Positions 27,316 to 37,802 of a stretch of 64,000 nt of DNA are shown in pieces. A model generated the notes under the pieces. It worked only from the letters and a program-made list of their open reading frames with translations, was not told the origin of the DNA and did no database searches. The DNA is taken from positions 112,326-176,325 of the IMG/VR virus record IMGVR_UViG_3300047312_000028. One strand, written 5' to 3'. The translations under genes and the position numbers were made by a program. This DNA comes from a virus. Within the stretch, counting starts at the first letter, position 1. Every line of letters begins with the position of its first letter.

Positions 27316-27608
27316 CACGCAATGAAGCATTATTAACACAACTCGCTGAAGAAGCTTCCGAAGTCGCACAGGCGGCAAGTAAGTGCAATCGTTTCGGTGT
27401 TGAACATACATGGCACACACATGTCGGTACCGCTGAACGTAGACTCTTCCAAGAGTATGTTGAGGTTGTTGCCGTAATGGAAATGTGCATCGATGCTGGA
27501 TTAGTCACACCATACTCAACCGAAGAATACTTTGCTGCCATTAAAGCTAAGAGAGAAAAAGTAGAGAAGTATTTGAAAGTCTCTATGGAACTAGGGTGTG
27601 TACAATGA
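27312..27608 (+). CDS. MazG-like all-alpha protein
   Basis: LAEEASEVAQAASK..RFG. Confidence 0.6.
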   Translation: MTRNEALLTQLAEEASEVAQAASKCNRFGVEHTWHTHVGTAERRLFQEYVEVVAVMEMCIDAGLVTPYSTEEYFAAIKAKREKVEKYLKVSMELGCVQ

Positions 27609-27820
27609 AGCCAGGCTTTCGTGTTGTAGATATGCCTAAACTCAACCACAAAGATAGAGTGGTATGTAAACGATGCAACACAGAGTATCATGCCGATGAA
27701 CTCTTGTATGCCTGTCCGCTCAAAGGTCCCAATAACACTCACCTAAGCTGGTATTGTCCTACCCATAATTGTCTCGGTCGCTTAAACTACGGAGTCTACT
27801 ACCTCCAAGTATCATGTTGA
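27605..27820 (+). CDS. hypothetical Cys-rich protein
   Basis: CKRC, CP..NC. Confidence 0.45.
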   Translation: MKPGFRVVDMPKLNHKDRVVCKRCNTEYHADELLYACPLKGPNNTHLSWYCPTHNCLGRLNYGVYYLQVSC

Positions 27821-27845
27821 TTCATACGTAAAATTCTGCTATAAT
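27817..27845 (+). promoter_or_regulatory. sigma70-type promoter
   Basis: TTGATT-N17-TATAAT. Confidence 0.7.
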
Positions 27846-27860
27846 GAAAGGATTAGAATA

Positions 27861-28220
27861 ATGTCAAAAATGTTGCTCACTCACGAACAAATTGCCGAAA
27901 TGGCGCACGAAAATAACAGAGCGTATTGTCATGCGTTAGGAGATTACTCACAAGCACCTTGGAGACTTCTTTCGGATGAACTAAAGACTTCTGCTATTCA
28001 TGGTGTGGGATTTCATATTGCCAATCCTGATGCAACACCAGAACAGTCGCATGAGAGTTGGATGAAAGAGAAGACAGAGAACGGCTGGAAATTTGGTCCA
28101 GTGAAAGATTTAGTCAAGAAGGAACATCCGTGTTTTGTTCCGTACGGTCAGTTGCCGCTCGAACAACGAGTTAAAGATTATCTCTTTACCGCAATAGTAG
28201 ATACTCTTAAAACTTTCTAA
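27861..28220 (+). CDS. RyR-domain protein
   Basis: HESWM..K..NGWKFG..KD..KKEHPC.VPY..LP..Q..KD. Confidence 0.85.
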   Translation: MSKMLLTHEQIAEMAHENNRAYCHALGDYSQAPWRLLSDELKTSAIHGVGFHIANPDATPEQSHESWMKEKTENGWKFGPVKDLVKKEHPCFVPYGQLPLEQRVKDYLFTAIVDTLKTF

Positions 28221-28247
28221 GATATCCTCCAGAAAGGTATAATCATA

Positions 28248-29288
28248 ATGAGTCTCATGGATCGAATGAAGAAGAACAGCAGCATTAGTATTGCTAGTGT
28301 TTTGGACGAGTCAGAAGTCTTCGGTGAACGACAAACAATCCCTACCGAAGTGCCGATTATCAATATTGCATTATCAGGCTCACTGAAGGGCGGATTGACT
28401 TCTGGTGTCACGCAAATTGCAGGTCCCTCAAAACATTTCAAGACTGGTATCGCCCTCTTGCTTATGAGATCGTTCTTGAATCTCTATCCTAAAGAAGGTG
28501 TGATTCTATTCTATGATGCCGAATTCGGAACTCCTCAGTCGTACTTTAAGACGTTTGGCATCGATATGAGCAAAGTGTTCCACACCCCTATTACAGATGT
28601 GGAGCAACTTAAGCACGATATCATGAAGCAACTTGCTGAATTTAAGCGCGGCGAACGAGTCATGATCGTGCTCGATTCGGTAGGACAGCTTGCATCATTG
28701 AAAGAAGTCGAAGATGCGCTTGAAGGGAAACAAGTCGCAGACATGACCCGCGCCAAGGCGCTGAAGTCATTGTTTCGCATGATTACTCCTCATTTGCGTA
28801 TCAAGGATATCCCTTTCGTGGTCGTGAATCATACATACAAAGAAATCGGGATGTTCCCAAAAGACATTCCTGGTGGTGGTACAGGTAGCTACTTCGCTGC
28901 CGATAACATCTGGATCGTTGGTCGCCAGCAAGAGAAAGTTGAAGGGGCGATCACAGGCTTCCACTTTGTCATAAACATCGAAAAGTCACGTTATGTGAGA
29001 GAGAAATCTAAGCTTTCGTTGTCCGTCATGTTTGGAGAAGGAATTGAACAGTACTCAGGTTTGCTCGAACTGGGATTGGAGAGTGGATTTGTTGAGAAGC
29101 CCGCACCAGGATGGTATCTCAAGAAGGGTGAAAAGACACGAGTCCGAGAAGCAGACACTAAGACCGCAGCGTTTTGGAATGATATTCTAAAGGATGAGGC
29201 CTTCAATGAATTTGTTAAGAAGAAGTTTGAAGTGGCTTACGGAGAGATTCTGGAAGACTCCAACGAGACCACTACAAAAACTAAATGA
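28248..29288 (+). CDS. uvsX: RecA-like recombinase UvsX
   Basis: AGPSKHFKT, FYDAEFG, DSVG.LAS.KE, ADMTRAK, KSRYV.EK. Confidence 0.96.
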   Translation: MSLMDRMKKNSSISIASVLDESEVFGERQTIPTEVPIINIALSGSLKGGLTSGVTQIAGPSKHFKTGIALLLMRSFLNLYPKEGVILFYDAEFGTPQSYFKTFGIDMSKVFHTPITDVEQLKHDIMKQLAEFKRGERVMIVLDSVGQLASLKEVEDALEGKQVADMTRAKALKSLFRMITPHLRIKDIPFVVVNHTYKEIGMFPKDIPGGGTGSYFAADNIWIVGRQQEKVEGAITGFHFVINIEKSRYVREKSKLSLSVMFGEGIEQYSGLLELGLESGFVEKPAPGWYLKKGEKTRVREADTKTAAFWNDILKDEAFNEFVKKKFEVAYGEILEDSNETTTKTK

Positions 29289-29598
29289 GGATTATGAGTT
29301 TTACGATATCACGGTAGAAGAAGAGTTGGTGAGTGCTGTACGATTATTGACAGAACCATACTCTAAAGTAATTTACTACTATGGATATGTAAAGGTAGTC
29401 CCAGAAGGTAATCTCAACAAACTCGCCTATCAATATACGCTGTGGGACACAGCCTGTTTCACAAAAGGTCAACTCACAGGTTCAGCAGCATTTAATACCC
29501 GTATTGGTGATGTGTTGGTATCGATCATTGCGGATGAGCACGGGAAGGGGGAATATGTATCGCCTAGAGTCAACGATCCTGAAGAACTTAGTCTATAA
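29194..29598 (+). CDS. gp40-like head-vertex assembly chaperone (start uncertain)
   Basis: between uvsX and gp41; Y..VIYYYG.V....L.YQY...F...IGD.L. Confidence 0.65.
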   Translation: MRPSMNLLRRSLKWLTERFWKTPTRPLQKLNEDYEFYDITVEEELVSAVRLLTEPYSKVIYYYGYVKVVPEGNLNKLAYQYTLWDTACFTKGQLTGSAAFNTRIGDVLVSIIADEHGKGEYVSPRVNDPEELSL

Positions 29599-30952
29599 CG
29601 AAACGTACATGAGGAAGGTGATTCCCTTCCTGAAATCAGAATACTTCAAAGAACGCACCGAACGAACGGTGTTCGACCAGATTGCCTCTTTCATTGATAA
29701 GTATAAAAACCTCCCAACACATGAAGCGTTAGTTATCAACATCACAGAATCGATAGAGTTGAAAGAAGAGCAGGTAAAAGACGCCATCGATCTACTCAAG
29801 CAGATTCATGTGGACCGCAGTGAAGCGACGGACCTAAAGTGGTTGACTGAAGCGACAGAGAAGTTCTGTCAAGAGTCGGCATTGTATAATGCAGTGCTTG
29901 AAGCGGTACAGATCATGGACGACAAAGGCGACAAGAAGAAGCCCAAAGAGTCGATCCCTGATATTCTCACAAGGGCCCTTGCAGTCACATTTGATCCACA
30001 TGTCGGGCATGATTACATGCAAGACTCAGAAGCACGATTTGCGTTCTATCACAGTAAAGAAAGAAAGATTCCATTTGATCTTGAGATGTTCAACAAGATC
30101 ACCGGTGGTGGGTTCTCAGTTAAAACATTGAACATCTTCTTGGCAGGCACCGGCGTCGGTAAGACGTTGTTGATGTGTCACTTAGCCGCGGCAGCCCTCA
30201 CAATGGGGTTCAACGTCCTCTACATTACGCTTGAGATGGCGGAAGAGCGAATAGCTGAACGTATCGATGCAAACCTCTTAAATGTTGATATTAACACGCT
30301 TGAGCAGATCCCAAAAGCGGAATACGATAAGCGATTTGCAGGCTTTCGTAGTAAGACACAAGGCAAGCTGATTATCAAGGAGTATGCGACAGCTTCAGCC
30401 TCGACGTTACACTTCAAAGCGTTGTTGAATGAATTGTTGCTGAAGAAGACCTTCAAGCCTGATATCATTTTTATTGACTATATAAACATCTGTGCTAGTT
30501 CGCGCATTCGCCAAGGCGGCAATGTCAACAGCTACACATACATAAAAGCTATTGCTGAAGAGCTTCGTGGGTTGGGTGTTGAATTTGTAGTGCCTGTAGT
30601 GTCGGCGACACAGACGACCAGATCGGGGATGGATTCAAGCGATCTTGAAATGACTGACACCTCAGAGTCAATTGGATTGCCAGCCACAGCAGACTTCATG
30701 GCAGCGATTATCAATAACGAAGAGTTAGAGCAATTGAATCAGTTGATGATAAAACAGTTAAAGAGTCGCTATCAAGACAAATCTACACGAAAGAAGTTTG
30801 TGGTTGGTATCGATAAGAAGAAGATGCGATTATATGATGTGGCGCCGAGTGCGCAAGTGAATATCAGCGATGCAGGGCCTAAAGAAGAAATGATGCAGAA
30901 GCCATTTGAAAAGTCGCGCACCACCAGAGACTTCACTAAGTTTAAGGTATAA
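29555..30952 (+). CDS. gp41: replicative DnaB-like helicase gp41
   Basis: AGTGVGKT, ITLEMAEE, IDYINIC, SATQTTR, SESIGLPATAD. Confidence 0.97.
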   Translation: MYRLESTILKNLVYNETYMRKVIPFLKSEYFKERTERTVFDQIASFIDKYKNLPTHEALVINITESIELKEEQVKDAIDLLKQIHVDRSEATDLKWLTEATEKFCQESALYNAVLEAVQIMDDKGDKKKPKESIPDILTRALAVTFDPHVGHDYMQDSEARFAFYHSKERKIPFDLEMFNKITGGGFSVKTLNIFLAGTGVGKTLLMCHLAAAALTMGFNVLYITLEMAEERIAERIDANLLNVDINTLEQIPKAEYDKRFAGFRSKTQGKLIIKEYATASASTLHFKALLNELLLKKTFKPDIIFIDYINICASSRIRQGGNVNSYTYIKAIAEELRGLGVEFVVPVVSATQTTRSGMDSSDLEMTDTSESIGLPATADFMAAIINNEELEQLNQLMIKQLKSRYQDKSTRKKFVVGIDKKKMRLYDVAPSAQVNISDAGPKEEMMQKPFEKSRTTRDFTKFKV

Positions 30953-30953
30953 C

Positions 30954-31550
30954 ATGCAAATCAGTGAATTACAATTACCAGAACAACCATTCTTCCCCTA
31001 CGTGACCGTGTTTGATGGTGCGTTGCCACGAGCATTTTGCGAACGAATGATTGGTAAGTTTGAAGCCAACGAAGGGGACGTTCAGCGTCAAACATATCTA
31101 CGAGGGGTGAGAAACTTCACAGAAATCAATGTGTCTGAGAACTGGCACGATGAACATGAAATCATGGTGCGTTGTATTCAATCAGCAACAGCGGCGTATG
31201 TGGCCTACCATGGTATCATATACGATGCACAAATTCCTAGACAGTTTGGGTATGAACAGTTCAGAATGAAGCGATATCTCCCCAATGGCATCGATGTATT
31301 CAACCAGCACGCCGATGTGGGTAACTATGGTTCAGCACGACGCTTTGTGGCATTTCAATGGTATTTGAATACTGTAAAAGAAGGTGGAGAGACGGGGTTT
31401 GGTAGAAAGGCTGATGAAGCAGTCTTAAAGATTCCAGCAGTAGAAGGACGTTTGCTTGTGTTTCCTCCATTATGGACCCATTTACATTGGGGATCAAAAG
31501 TAGTCAGCGGACCTAAGTACATTCTAACTGGATATTTACATTACATCTAA
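30954..31550 (+). CDS. 2OG-Fe(II) oxygenase (prolyl-4-hydroxylase-like)
   Basis: HAD...YLN.V.EGGET...FPP.WTH.H...KY. Confidence 0.88.
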   Translation: MQISELQLPEQPFFPYVTVFDGALPRAFCERMIGKFEANEGDVQRQTYLRGVRNFTEINVSENWHDEHEIMVRCIQSATAAYVAYHGIIYDAQIPRQFGYEQFRMKRYLPNGIDVFNQHADVGNYGSARRFVAFQWYLNTVKEGGETGFGRKADEAVLKIPAVEGRLLVFPPLWTHLHWGSKVVSGPKYILTGYLHYI

Positions 31551-32182
31551 TGAAACTACAACACATTCATGACTTGGTTGTGAAGGTGCCAGAGGGTAGT
31601 CTCACTCCCAAGCAGATCATTCAGCCATTGAGAAAAGCGTTCAAACCCTATCCTTGGATACGGTTTGAGAAAAGAATTATGTCTATTTCAAACGCAAAGG
31701 GTCTTGCTGATGGAATGCTTATCACTGGAAAGTTTGAGCATGATTGGGTTGATCGGCCAGTCTGCTTTGTGACACTGTGGTTTCACTCTGGCAAAGAAGA
31801 TAAGAGTATATGGTTCTCTGGTAAACTAAGAGATCGTATCTTGTTTGATATCTTTGCCACGATTGCTCATGAGCGCGTTCATATGTTGCAGGCGAAGAAA
31901 GCCAAAGCCTGCCCTCGAAACTTTCATGTGAATATAACGCATGATTGGATGTTGAAGCGCGATATTCAATATTACGGATCGAAGATTGAGATTGATGCGT
32001 TCGGTCTTACTTCCGTGCTTGAAGATCGATTCGGTATGTCCGGTGAAATCATAGAACGTTATAGAAAGCTATTCACACCTTATAGTCTTCTCTATAAGCG
32101 ATTCTTAAAGAAAAAGTATGAGTACAACTTGAAAACTCCTCACATAAATAGTTCATTATGCAACCATTCAAAACTCACATAA
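31550..32182 (+). CDS. zincin-like HExxH protein
   Basis: AHERVH..Q...YY...EIDAF. Confidence 0.6.
   Translation: MKLQHIHDLVVKVPEGSLTPKQIIQPLRKAFKPYPWIRFEKRIMSISNAKGLADGMLITGKFEHDWVDRPVCFVTLWFHSGKEDKSIWFSGKLRDRILFDIFATIAHERVHMLQAKKAKACPRNFHVNITHDWMLKRDIQYYGSKIEIDAFGLTSVLEDRFGMSGEIIERYRKLFTPYSLLYKRFLKKKYEYNLKTPHINSSLCNHSKLT
32143..32150 (+). promoter_or_regulatory. late-type promoter
   Basis: CATAAATA 7 nt before ATG 32158. Confidence 0.55.
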
Positions 32183-33375
32183 CAACAGAGAAGAATATAC
32201 ACCTAGAGCACATTGAAGACCAGGTGCTCAATCGTGGCGCCTATGGTGCGACAGAATCACTCAACTTCCTATTTGCGTTGCGTGATATGCTTGCCGGCCA
32301 TGCGACTGCACCAATCAATCTTACCACTAAGTGGGACGGAGCACCGGCAGTTGTATGCGGAGTCAATCCAGAAAACGATCAGTTCTTTGTTGGAACAAAA
32401 TCAGTGCTCAACAAAACACCAAAGTTGAACTATACTGAGAGAGATATTAACGTCAATCACCCTAACGATGAACTTAATCAGAAGTTGAAGGCCTGTCTTC
32501 GATATCTTCCTAAGCTCGGTATCAAAGGTATCTTGCAAGGGGATCTGATGTTCACGAAAGGTGATGTGAAGGATCAAACCATCGACGGCCGAGAGTATGT
32601 GACGTTCACACCCAACACACTCACCTATGCGTTTCAGAAGGGTACTACACTTGCTGAGAGGATCAAAGAGGCACAACTCGGTATCGTGTTTCATACATCA
32701 TATCACGGCACGAAGATGGATAACCTAATCGCGTCTTACAACGTCGATATCGGGTACTTGAATCACCCCAAAGAAGTCTGGTATCGTGATGCTAGTTATG
32801 TGGATGAAACAGGCACGGTCACATTCACGCAAGAAGAACTGACATACTTGAATACACTCTTGAATAGTGCAGTCAAGTCATTTTCGGCGATCAATGACAA
32901 GGTACTCAACCAGATTGCGCTGAACGGTATCTATCGTGACAACATAAAGATTTTCAACAACACAAAGGTCCGCGCTGGCGAATCAATCTTAGATACGACA
33001 CTATATACCAATCAGTTGATCCACTGGCTTGAAACTCGTATGACAGCAGCTATCGGTGAAGCGAAGTTACCAGAGACAAAACGCAAGCGTACACAAGAGC
33101 GAACCAACGTCCTAGGGTTCTTAAGAGCCCATGCTCCTGAACTCAGATCGATTTTTGACTTGCAGAATCAACTTGTCTATGCTAAAATGTTTATCTTAAA
33201 TAAGCTTCACCAAGTCAGCAACACACATACATTCCTACGAACAGAGACGGGATACAAAGCGACGAACCCAGAGGGGTTTGTGGCCGTCGATCATTTTGGC
33301 AATGCTGTTAAGCTTGTCGATAGACTCAGCTTTTCCCATGCGAACTTCACCGCCGCAAAGGATTGGTCAAAGTAA
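32158..33375 (+). CDS. DUF6267-like protein, RNA/DNA-ligase-type nucleotidyltransferase fold
   Basis: HLEH.ED, motif I KWDGAP, QGDLMF, EGFV, VKLVDR. Confidence 0.75.
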   Translation: MQPFKTHITTEKNIHLEHIEDQVLNRGAYGATESLNFLFALRDMLAGHATAPINLTTKWDGAPAVVCGVNPENDQFFVGTKSVLNKTPKLNYTERDINVNHPNDELNQKLKACLRYLPKLGIKGILQGDLMFTKGDVKDQTIDGREYVTFTPNTLTYAFQKGTTLAERIKEAQLGIVFHTSYHGTKMDNLIASYNVDIGYLNHPKEVWYRDASYVDETGTVTFTQEELTYLNTLLNSAVKSFSAINDKVLNQIALNGIYRDNIKIFNNTKVRAGESILDTTLYTNQLIHWLETRMTAAIGEAKLPETKRKRTQERTNVLGFLRAHAPELRSIFDLQNQLVYAKMFILNKLHQVSNTHTFLRTETGYKATNPEGFVAVDHFGNAVKLVDRLSFSHANFTAAKDWSK

Positions 33376-33391
33376 TAAAAATGGAGTGATT

Positions 33392-34273
33392 ATGAGCAAG
33401 CGTGATTTGGTAATCGGTGCAGTAACAGGCTACAAGTTCAATCAACTTCTCCCTTGGGTCAATAGTCTAGATCGATCAGGCTTTGAAGGTATCAAGGCCT
33501 TGATTATGTACAACACAGACTTTGACACTGTGCGCGAACTCAACAACCGCGGATACGCGACGATTCTTCTTGGTAAAGATGATACAAAAGGAAACTTCGT
33601 TTATCATAAACAAGACTTTGCCATTGTAGTCGAACGGTTCCTCCATTACTATCTCTTCCTTGGTAACAACGACAATGCTAACATCGTCCGAAATGTCATT
33701 GCAACCGATGTGAAGGATGTAATCTTCCAACATAACCCATCTACTTACCTCGATACACTAGAAGCCCGTAAGAAGAAGCTGGTAGCTTCCTCTGAAGCGA
33801 TTGCTTATGAACATGAGCCGTGGGGCGCCAACAATCTATTACAGTCATTTGGTATCGAGATGTACGAACGACACAAGTCCAATATCGTTGTAAACTGCGG
33901 AGTCATTGCAGGTGAATTTTCAACGTTCATGGGATTGTGTAAGACGATCTATTTGGCATGTGCTGGCACGGTGCAACATGTGCCTGGAGGTGGCGGTCCC
34001 GATCAAGCAGCATTGAACTTGATGATGGAGACTCCCGCCTATCAAGATATCACCGACTTTGCGACACATGAGTATCCTTGGGCTGCACAATTGGGTACGA
34101 CAATGGATCCCAATAAGATCAATGCGTATCTTCCCAACATTCACGAAGCATTGCCGGTCTTCAACCCAACTACAAATATGGTGGAAACGCCATCTGGTAT
34201 GCCGTATGCGATTGTACACCAGTGGGATCGTGTCCCTGAAGTCAAGCAAGCTGTGGAGAAACTTTATCTATGA
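33392..34273 (+). CDS. glycosyltransferase-like protein (GT-A)
   Basis: TDVKDVIFQ.NP, NCGVIAG, DQAALN, VHQWDR. Confidence 0.75.
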   Translation: MSKRDLVIGAVTGYKFNQLLPWVNSLDRSGFEGIKALIMYNTDFDTVRELNNRGYATILLGKDDTKGNFVYHKQDFAIVVERFLHYYLFLGNNDNANIVRNVIATDVKDVIFQHNPSTYLDTLEARKKKLVASSEAIAYEHEPWGANNLLQSFGIEMYERHKSNIVVNCGVIAGEFSTFMGLCKTIYLACAGTVQHVPGGGGPDQAALNLMMETPAYQDITDFATHEYPWAAQLGTTMDPNKINAYLPNIHEALPVFNPTTNMVETPSGMPYAIVHQWDRVPEVKQAVEKLYL

Positions 34274-35292
34274 GCACTGTAGAAGAATCCCCTGAGAATC
34301 GGAAAGTACCAGTCGTTCAAGAACCAGAACGACTGAGACGTATATGTTATGTGGTACATCGTTATGCGCCATATCCGGGTGGCTCTGAGAACTATGTACG
34401 CGACATGGCAGAAGAAACTGCTATGAGAGGTCACCATGTGGCGGTGTTCGCAGGTGAGCACATGGGTAATCAACGAGGCATTCGTGTGACTTCAGACCCA
34501 GCGATTCTGATGGAACGTTGGGATTTGATTGTCGTACATGGTGGTGATGTAGCGGTACAGAACTTCGTCTTGAACAATGCACACCGACTTGGTGGTCCTG
34601 TGCTCTATATGCTCATTATGCCCTCCCACTCTGTTGAATGCGTAGGAGCACTCCATAAAGCTGCATACATAGGATGCTCGACATATGCAGACTGGCGACA
34701 TGTAACATCATATAATGCTCAAAATCGTTCGGTCAGAATTCGTCATGGAATCAACCTTGACTCTTCTGTGGGCACTCCAGGCTTCCGTAAGAAGTACAAT
34801 ATTAAAACTAGGTACATGTTCTTATCATCTGGAGGATATTGGGCCAACAAAGCATTTAATGAATTGGTTGAGACCTTCAATAAGGTCAATCGCCATGATG
34901 TTACGTTAGTTCTAACTGGCTATGACAATCGATCAAACTTGATGCCCAAAGCGAGTGAATTTGTGAAACCGTTCTTGTTAGATGATCGTGGGGAGATGTT
35001 ATCGGCCCTTATGGATTCCGATCTATATATCCTCAATAGTCACAGTGAGGGGTTTGGATTGGTGTTGCTTGAATCGATGTTGAATCTAACCCCGTGGGTG
35101 GGGCGACACATTGCAGGCGCAGAACTCATGAGAGAATTTGGGAAGACATATACCACGCAAAATGAACTAGCTCGATATCTGAATGACTTTGTGGGGCAGA
35201 CTGCGGCGCATTTACTCGAATCACAGAAGTATGTTATGTCCACGCACCTTATTAGACATACGGTCTCTGATATCTTAAGGGTATTTAAGTGA
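34270..35292 (+). CDS. GT-B (GT4-like) glycosyltransferase
   Basis: P..GGSE, HGI, K...LV, S.SEGFGLVLLESM. Confidence 0.88.
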   Translation: MSTVEESPENRKVPVVQEPERLRRICYVVHRYAPYPGGSENYVRDMAEETAMRGHHVAVFAGEHMGNQRGIRVTSDPAILMERWDLIVVHGGDVAVQNFVLNNAHRLGGPVLYMLIMPSHSVECVGALHKAAYIGCSTYADWRHVTSYNAQNRSVRIRHGINLDSSVGTPGFRKKYNIKTRYMFLSSGGYWANKAFNELVETFNKVNRHDVTLVLTGYDNRSNLMPKASEFVKPFLLDDRGEMLSALMDSDLYILNSHSEGFGLVLLESMLNLTPWVGRHIAGAELMREFGKTYTTQNELARYLNDFVGQTAAHLLESQKYVMSTHLIRHTVSDILRVFK

Positions 35293-35915
35293 ACCTAACG
35301 TTTGGTGTCTTGACAGCATACGAAGATCACACACGGCTGAACGCGGTGATTCAGTCGATCAAAGATTTGAATGTACCAAACTCTGAGGTGATTGTTGCGG
35401 GGTCTTATAGTCCAAATAAGCTTCCTACAACAGGCGCCTTTGAAGGAGTTGGACATATTCTCACTGACGGTTGGATCACTCGTAAGAAGAACTTAATTGC
35501 CAATCTAGCCCTCGGTGAAGTGTTAGTGCTTGTTCATGACTATTATCTCTTTGATAAAGGGTGGTATCGATCATATGAGAAGTTTGGGTATGATTGGGAT
35601 ATTTGCAGCAATCCGCAGTTTCTACAGAATGGGCGGAGACATTTTACTGATTGGGTGGTGTGGGATTCCCCGACCTATCCAAGGTATCATTCGTTGTGTT
35701 ATGACGATTTGAGTCAAACTAAATATCAGTATATTTCAGGTGGTTATTTTCTTGTGAAGAGAGATTTCTTACAAGCGTACCCCCTTAACGAAGAGATGCA
35801 ACCTGGGTCACCAGAAGACGTTGAGTGGAGTCTACGAGTCAGAGACGTAGCAACAATCAAATGCAACCCGTGGGCAATCGTTCGCCACAATAAGAGGCAC
35901 CGTGACTGCAAATAA
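35289..35915 (+). CDS. GT2-like glycosyltransferase
   Basis: WITRKKN, HDY, EDVEWS.R; GTG start. Confidence 0.75.
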   Translation: MNLTFGVLTAYEDHTRLNAVIQSIKDLNVPNSEVIVAGSYSPNKLPTTGAFEGVGHILTDGWITRKKNLIANLALGEVLVLVHDYYLFDKGWYRSYEKFGYDWDICSNPQFLQNGRRHFTDWVVWDSPTYPRYHSLCYDDLSQTKYQYISGGYFLVKRDFLQAYPLNEEMQPGSPEDVEWSLRVRDVATIKCNPWAIVRHNKRHRDCK

Positions 35916-37275
35916 ACTTGTGATATTTGATTTAGATGGTGTATTAGTTAAGAGTCGAGAGATTCACTTTGAGGCGCTGAATAAGGCCTTAGCTGAAGTG
36001 CATCCTAATTGGGAGATCGGTTGGGAGGAACACCTCGCTAAGTATGATGGTCTCCCTACAACAAAGAAACTTCAATTACTCACGGAAGAGAAAGCATTTC
36101 CAGAACACTACTACGATCAAATTTGGAAAGCCAAACAAAAATATACAGTCGAACTCTATCAACAGATACAACCTAGTATCAAGCTGCAAGGACTATTAAA
36201 ACATTTAAAGGATTGTAATATCAGAATCGCCGTAGCATCTAATAGCATACGTGAGACCATGGAAACGGCGTTGATTCGTTTGGGTATAAGAAGTATGGTA
36301 GGATGCACAGTGTCTAATGAAGATGTGCAGTATCCTAAGCCGTATCCGGAAATGTACTGGAACTGTATGTCGTTCTTTAAGGCGCTACCAGAGAACACTG
36401 TGATTATCGAAGACTCTCATATCGGTAGGGAGGCTGCACTTGCAAGTAGAGCACATTTAGTTCCTGTGAGTGACCCTGAAGACCTCACATGGAAGACGAT
36501 CAGCCATACCATCGACATATTAAATGGTGTAGGCAAGACCAACGTGCCATGGCGCAATAAGAAGATGAATGTGGTCATTCCTATGGCAGGTCATGGTTCA
36601 CGCTTTGCACAAGCAGGCTACACATTCCCAAAGCCACTCATTGAAGTGAACGGCAAGCCGATGATTCAGCTTGTCGTAGAGAACCTAAACATCGACGCTC
36701 ACTACATTTTCATTGTGCAGAAAGAGCATCATGATAAGTACCAACTCAAGTATATGCTCAATCTGATTGCACCTGGTTGTGATATCGTACAAGTAGAAGG
36801 AGTAACAGAAGGCGCGGCATGCACCACGCTTCTTGCTTCGCACCTTTATGGTAATGGAGATCCTCTCTTGATTGCCAACTCCGATCAATTTATTAAATGG
36901 AACTCCAATGAATGTTTGTATGCGTTCACCGCAGACGGCATTGATGCTGGGTTGTTAACCTTTAAGTCGATACATCCTAAGTGGTCATTTGCTCGATTAG
37001 GACCTGATGGATTTGTTGCTGAAGTGGCAGAGAAGCGTCCTATCTCAGACTTAGCATCTGTGGGTATATACTACTGGAAGCAGGGGCTTGATTATGTGCT
37101 GTACGCAGATAGAATGCTCCGAAAAAACATTCGCGTCAACAATGAATTCTATGTGTGTCCTGTGCTCAACGAAGCAATCGCCGATGGGAAGAAAGTTCGC
37201 GTCAAGAGTGTGGAAGAGATGTGGGGTCTGGGTACACCTGAAGATTTGAAAACATATTTGGAGCATCATCCATGA
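35902..37275 (+). CDS. HAD phosphatase fused to BcbE-like sugar nucleotidyltransferase
   Basis: FDLDGVL, KPYPEMY, IEDS; IPMAGHGSRF..AGY..PKPLI, ANSDQ, EK, NNEFYV.P, GLGTPEDL. Confidence 0.88.
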   Translation: MTANKLVIFDLDGVLVKSREIHFEALNKALAEVHPNWEIGWEEHLAKYDGLPTTKKLQLLTEEKAFPEHYYDQIWKAKQKYTVELYQQIQPSIKLQGLLKHLKDCNIRIAVASNSIRETMETALIRLGIRSMVGCTVSNEDVQYPKPYPEMYWNCMSFFKALPENTVIIEDSHIGREAALASRAHLVPVSDPEDLTWKTISHTIDILNGVGKTNVPWRNKKMNVVIPMAGHGSRFAQAGYTFPKPLIEVNGKPMIQLVVENLNIDAHYIFIVQKEHHDKYQLKYMLNLIAPGCDIVQVEGVTEGAACTTLLASHLYGNGDPLLIANSDQFIKWNSNECLYAFTADGIDAGLLTFKSIHPKWSFARLGPDGFVAEVAEKRPISDLASVGIYYWKQGLDYVLYADRMLRKNIRVNNEFYVCPVLNEAIADGKKVRVKSVEEMWGLGTPEDLKTYLEHHP

Positions 37276-37802
37276 GTGTTATAGTAGAAGTAGGCGCCCA
37301 TTTAGGTGCTGAGACATTTAATTTTCTAGGCGATGCTGAGGCACTGGTCTATGCGTTTGAGCCAGAACAACGAAGCTTTGCAGAACTCTATCGTAAAGCA
37401 CAATCCTACCCACGACTCACGGTCCTTCCATTCGCTGTTGATATCGGGGACAATCAAGAACCATTGTTTCATAGAGAATCGGGATTCAGCACACTTGATC
37501 CTCCAGCATTCGGTTCGCAGAGTGCTCAATTTACGATGACATGGACCATTCGTCTAGACACGTTCATGACGCTCTATAACATCGAAAAGATTGATTATCT
37601 ACGAATCGACGCTCCACTACGGGAAGAGATGTGCTTGGAGAGTATCGACACCCGTATAAAAGACGTACAGAGAGGACGCATTCGACGCTACGGCCCTCGA
37701 TCCGTGGTTCCTGCATGGTTACTTGACCACGGCTTCCATCTTGAACTAGACACAACTTCTGATAATGTGACAGATCCTGATATTCGATTCTGGAGGACAT
37801 AA
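37272..37802 (+). CDS. FkbM-like methyltransferase
   Basis: EVGAH.G, YAFEP, IRLDTF, IDYLRID. Confidence 0.78.
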   Translation: MSVIVEVGAHLGAETFNFLGDAEALVYAFEPEQRSFAELYRKAQSYPRLTVLPFAVDIGDNQEPLFHRESGFSTLDPPAFGSQSAQFTMTWTIRLDTFMTLYNIEKIDYLRIDAPLREEMCLESIDTRIKDVQRGRIRRYGPRSVVPAWLLDHGFHLELDTTSDNVTDPDIRFWRT

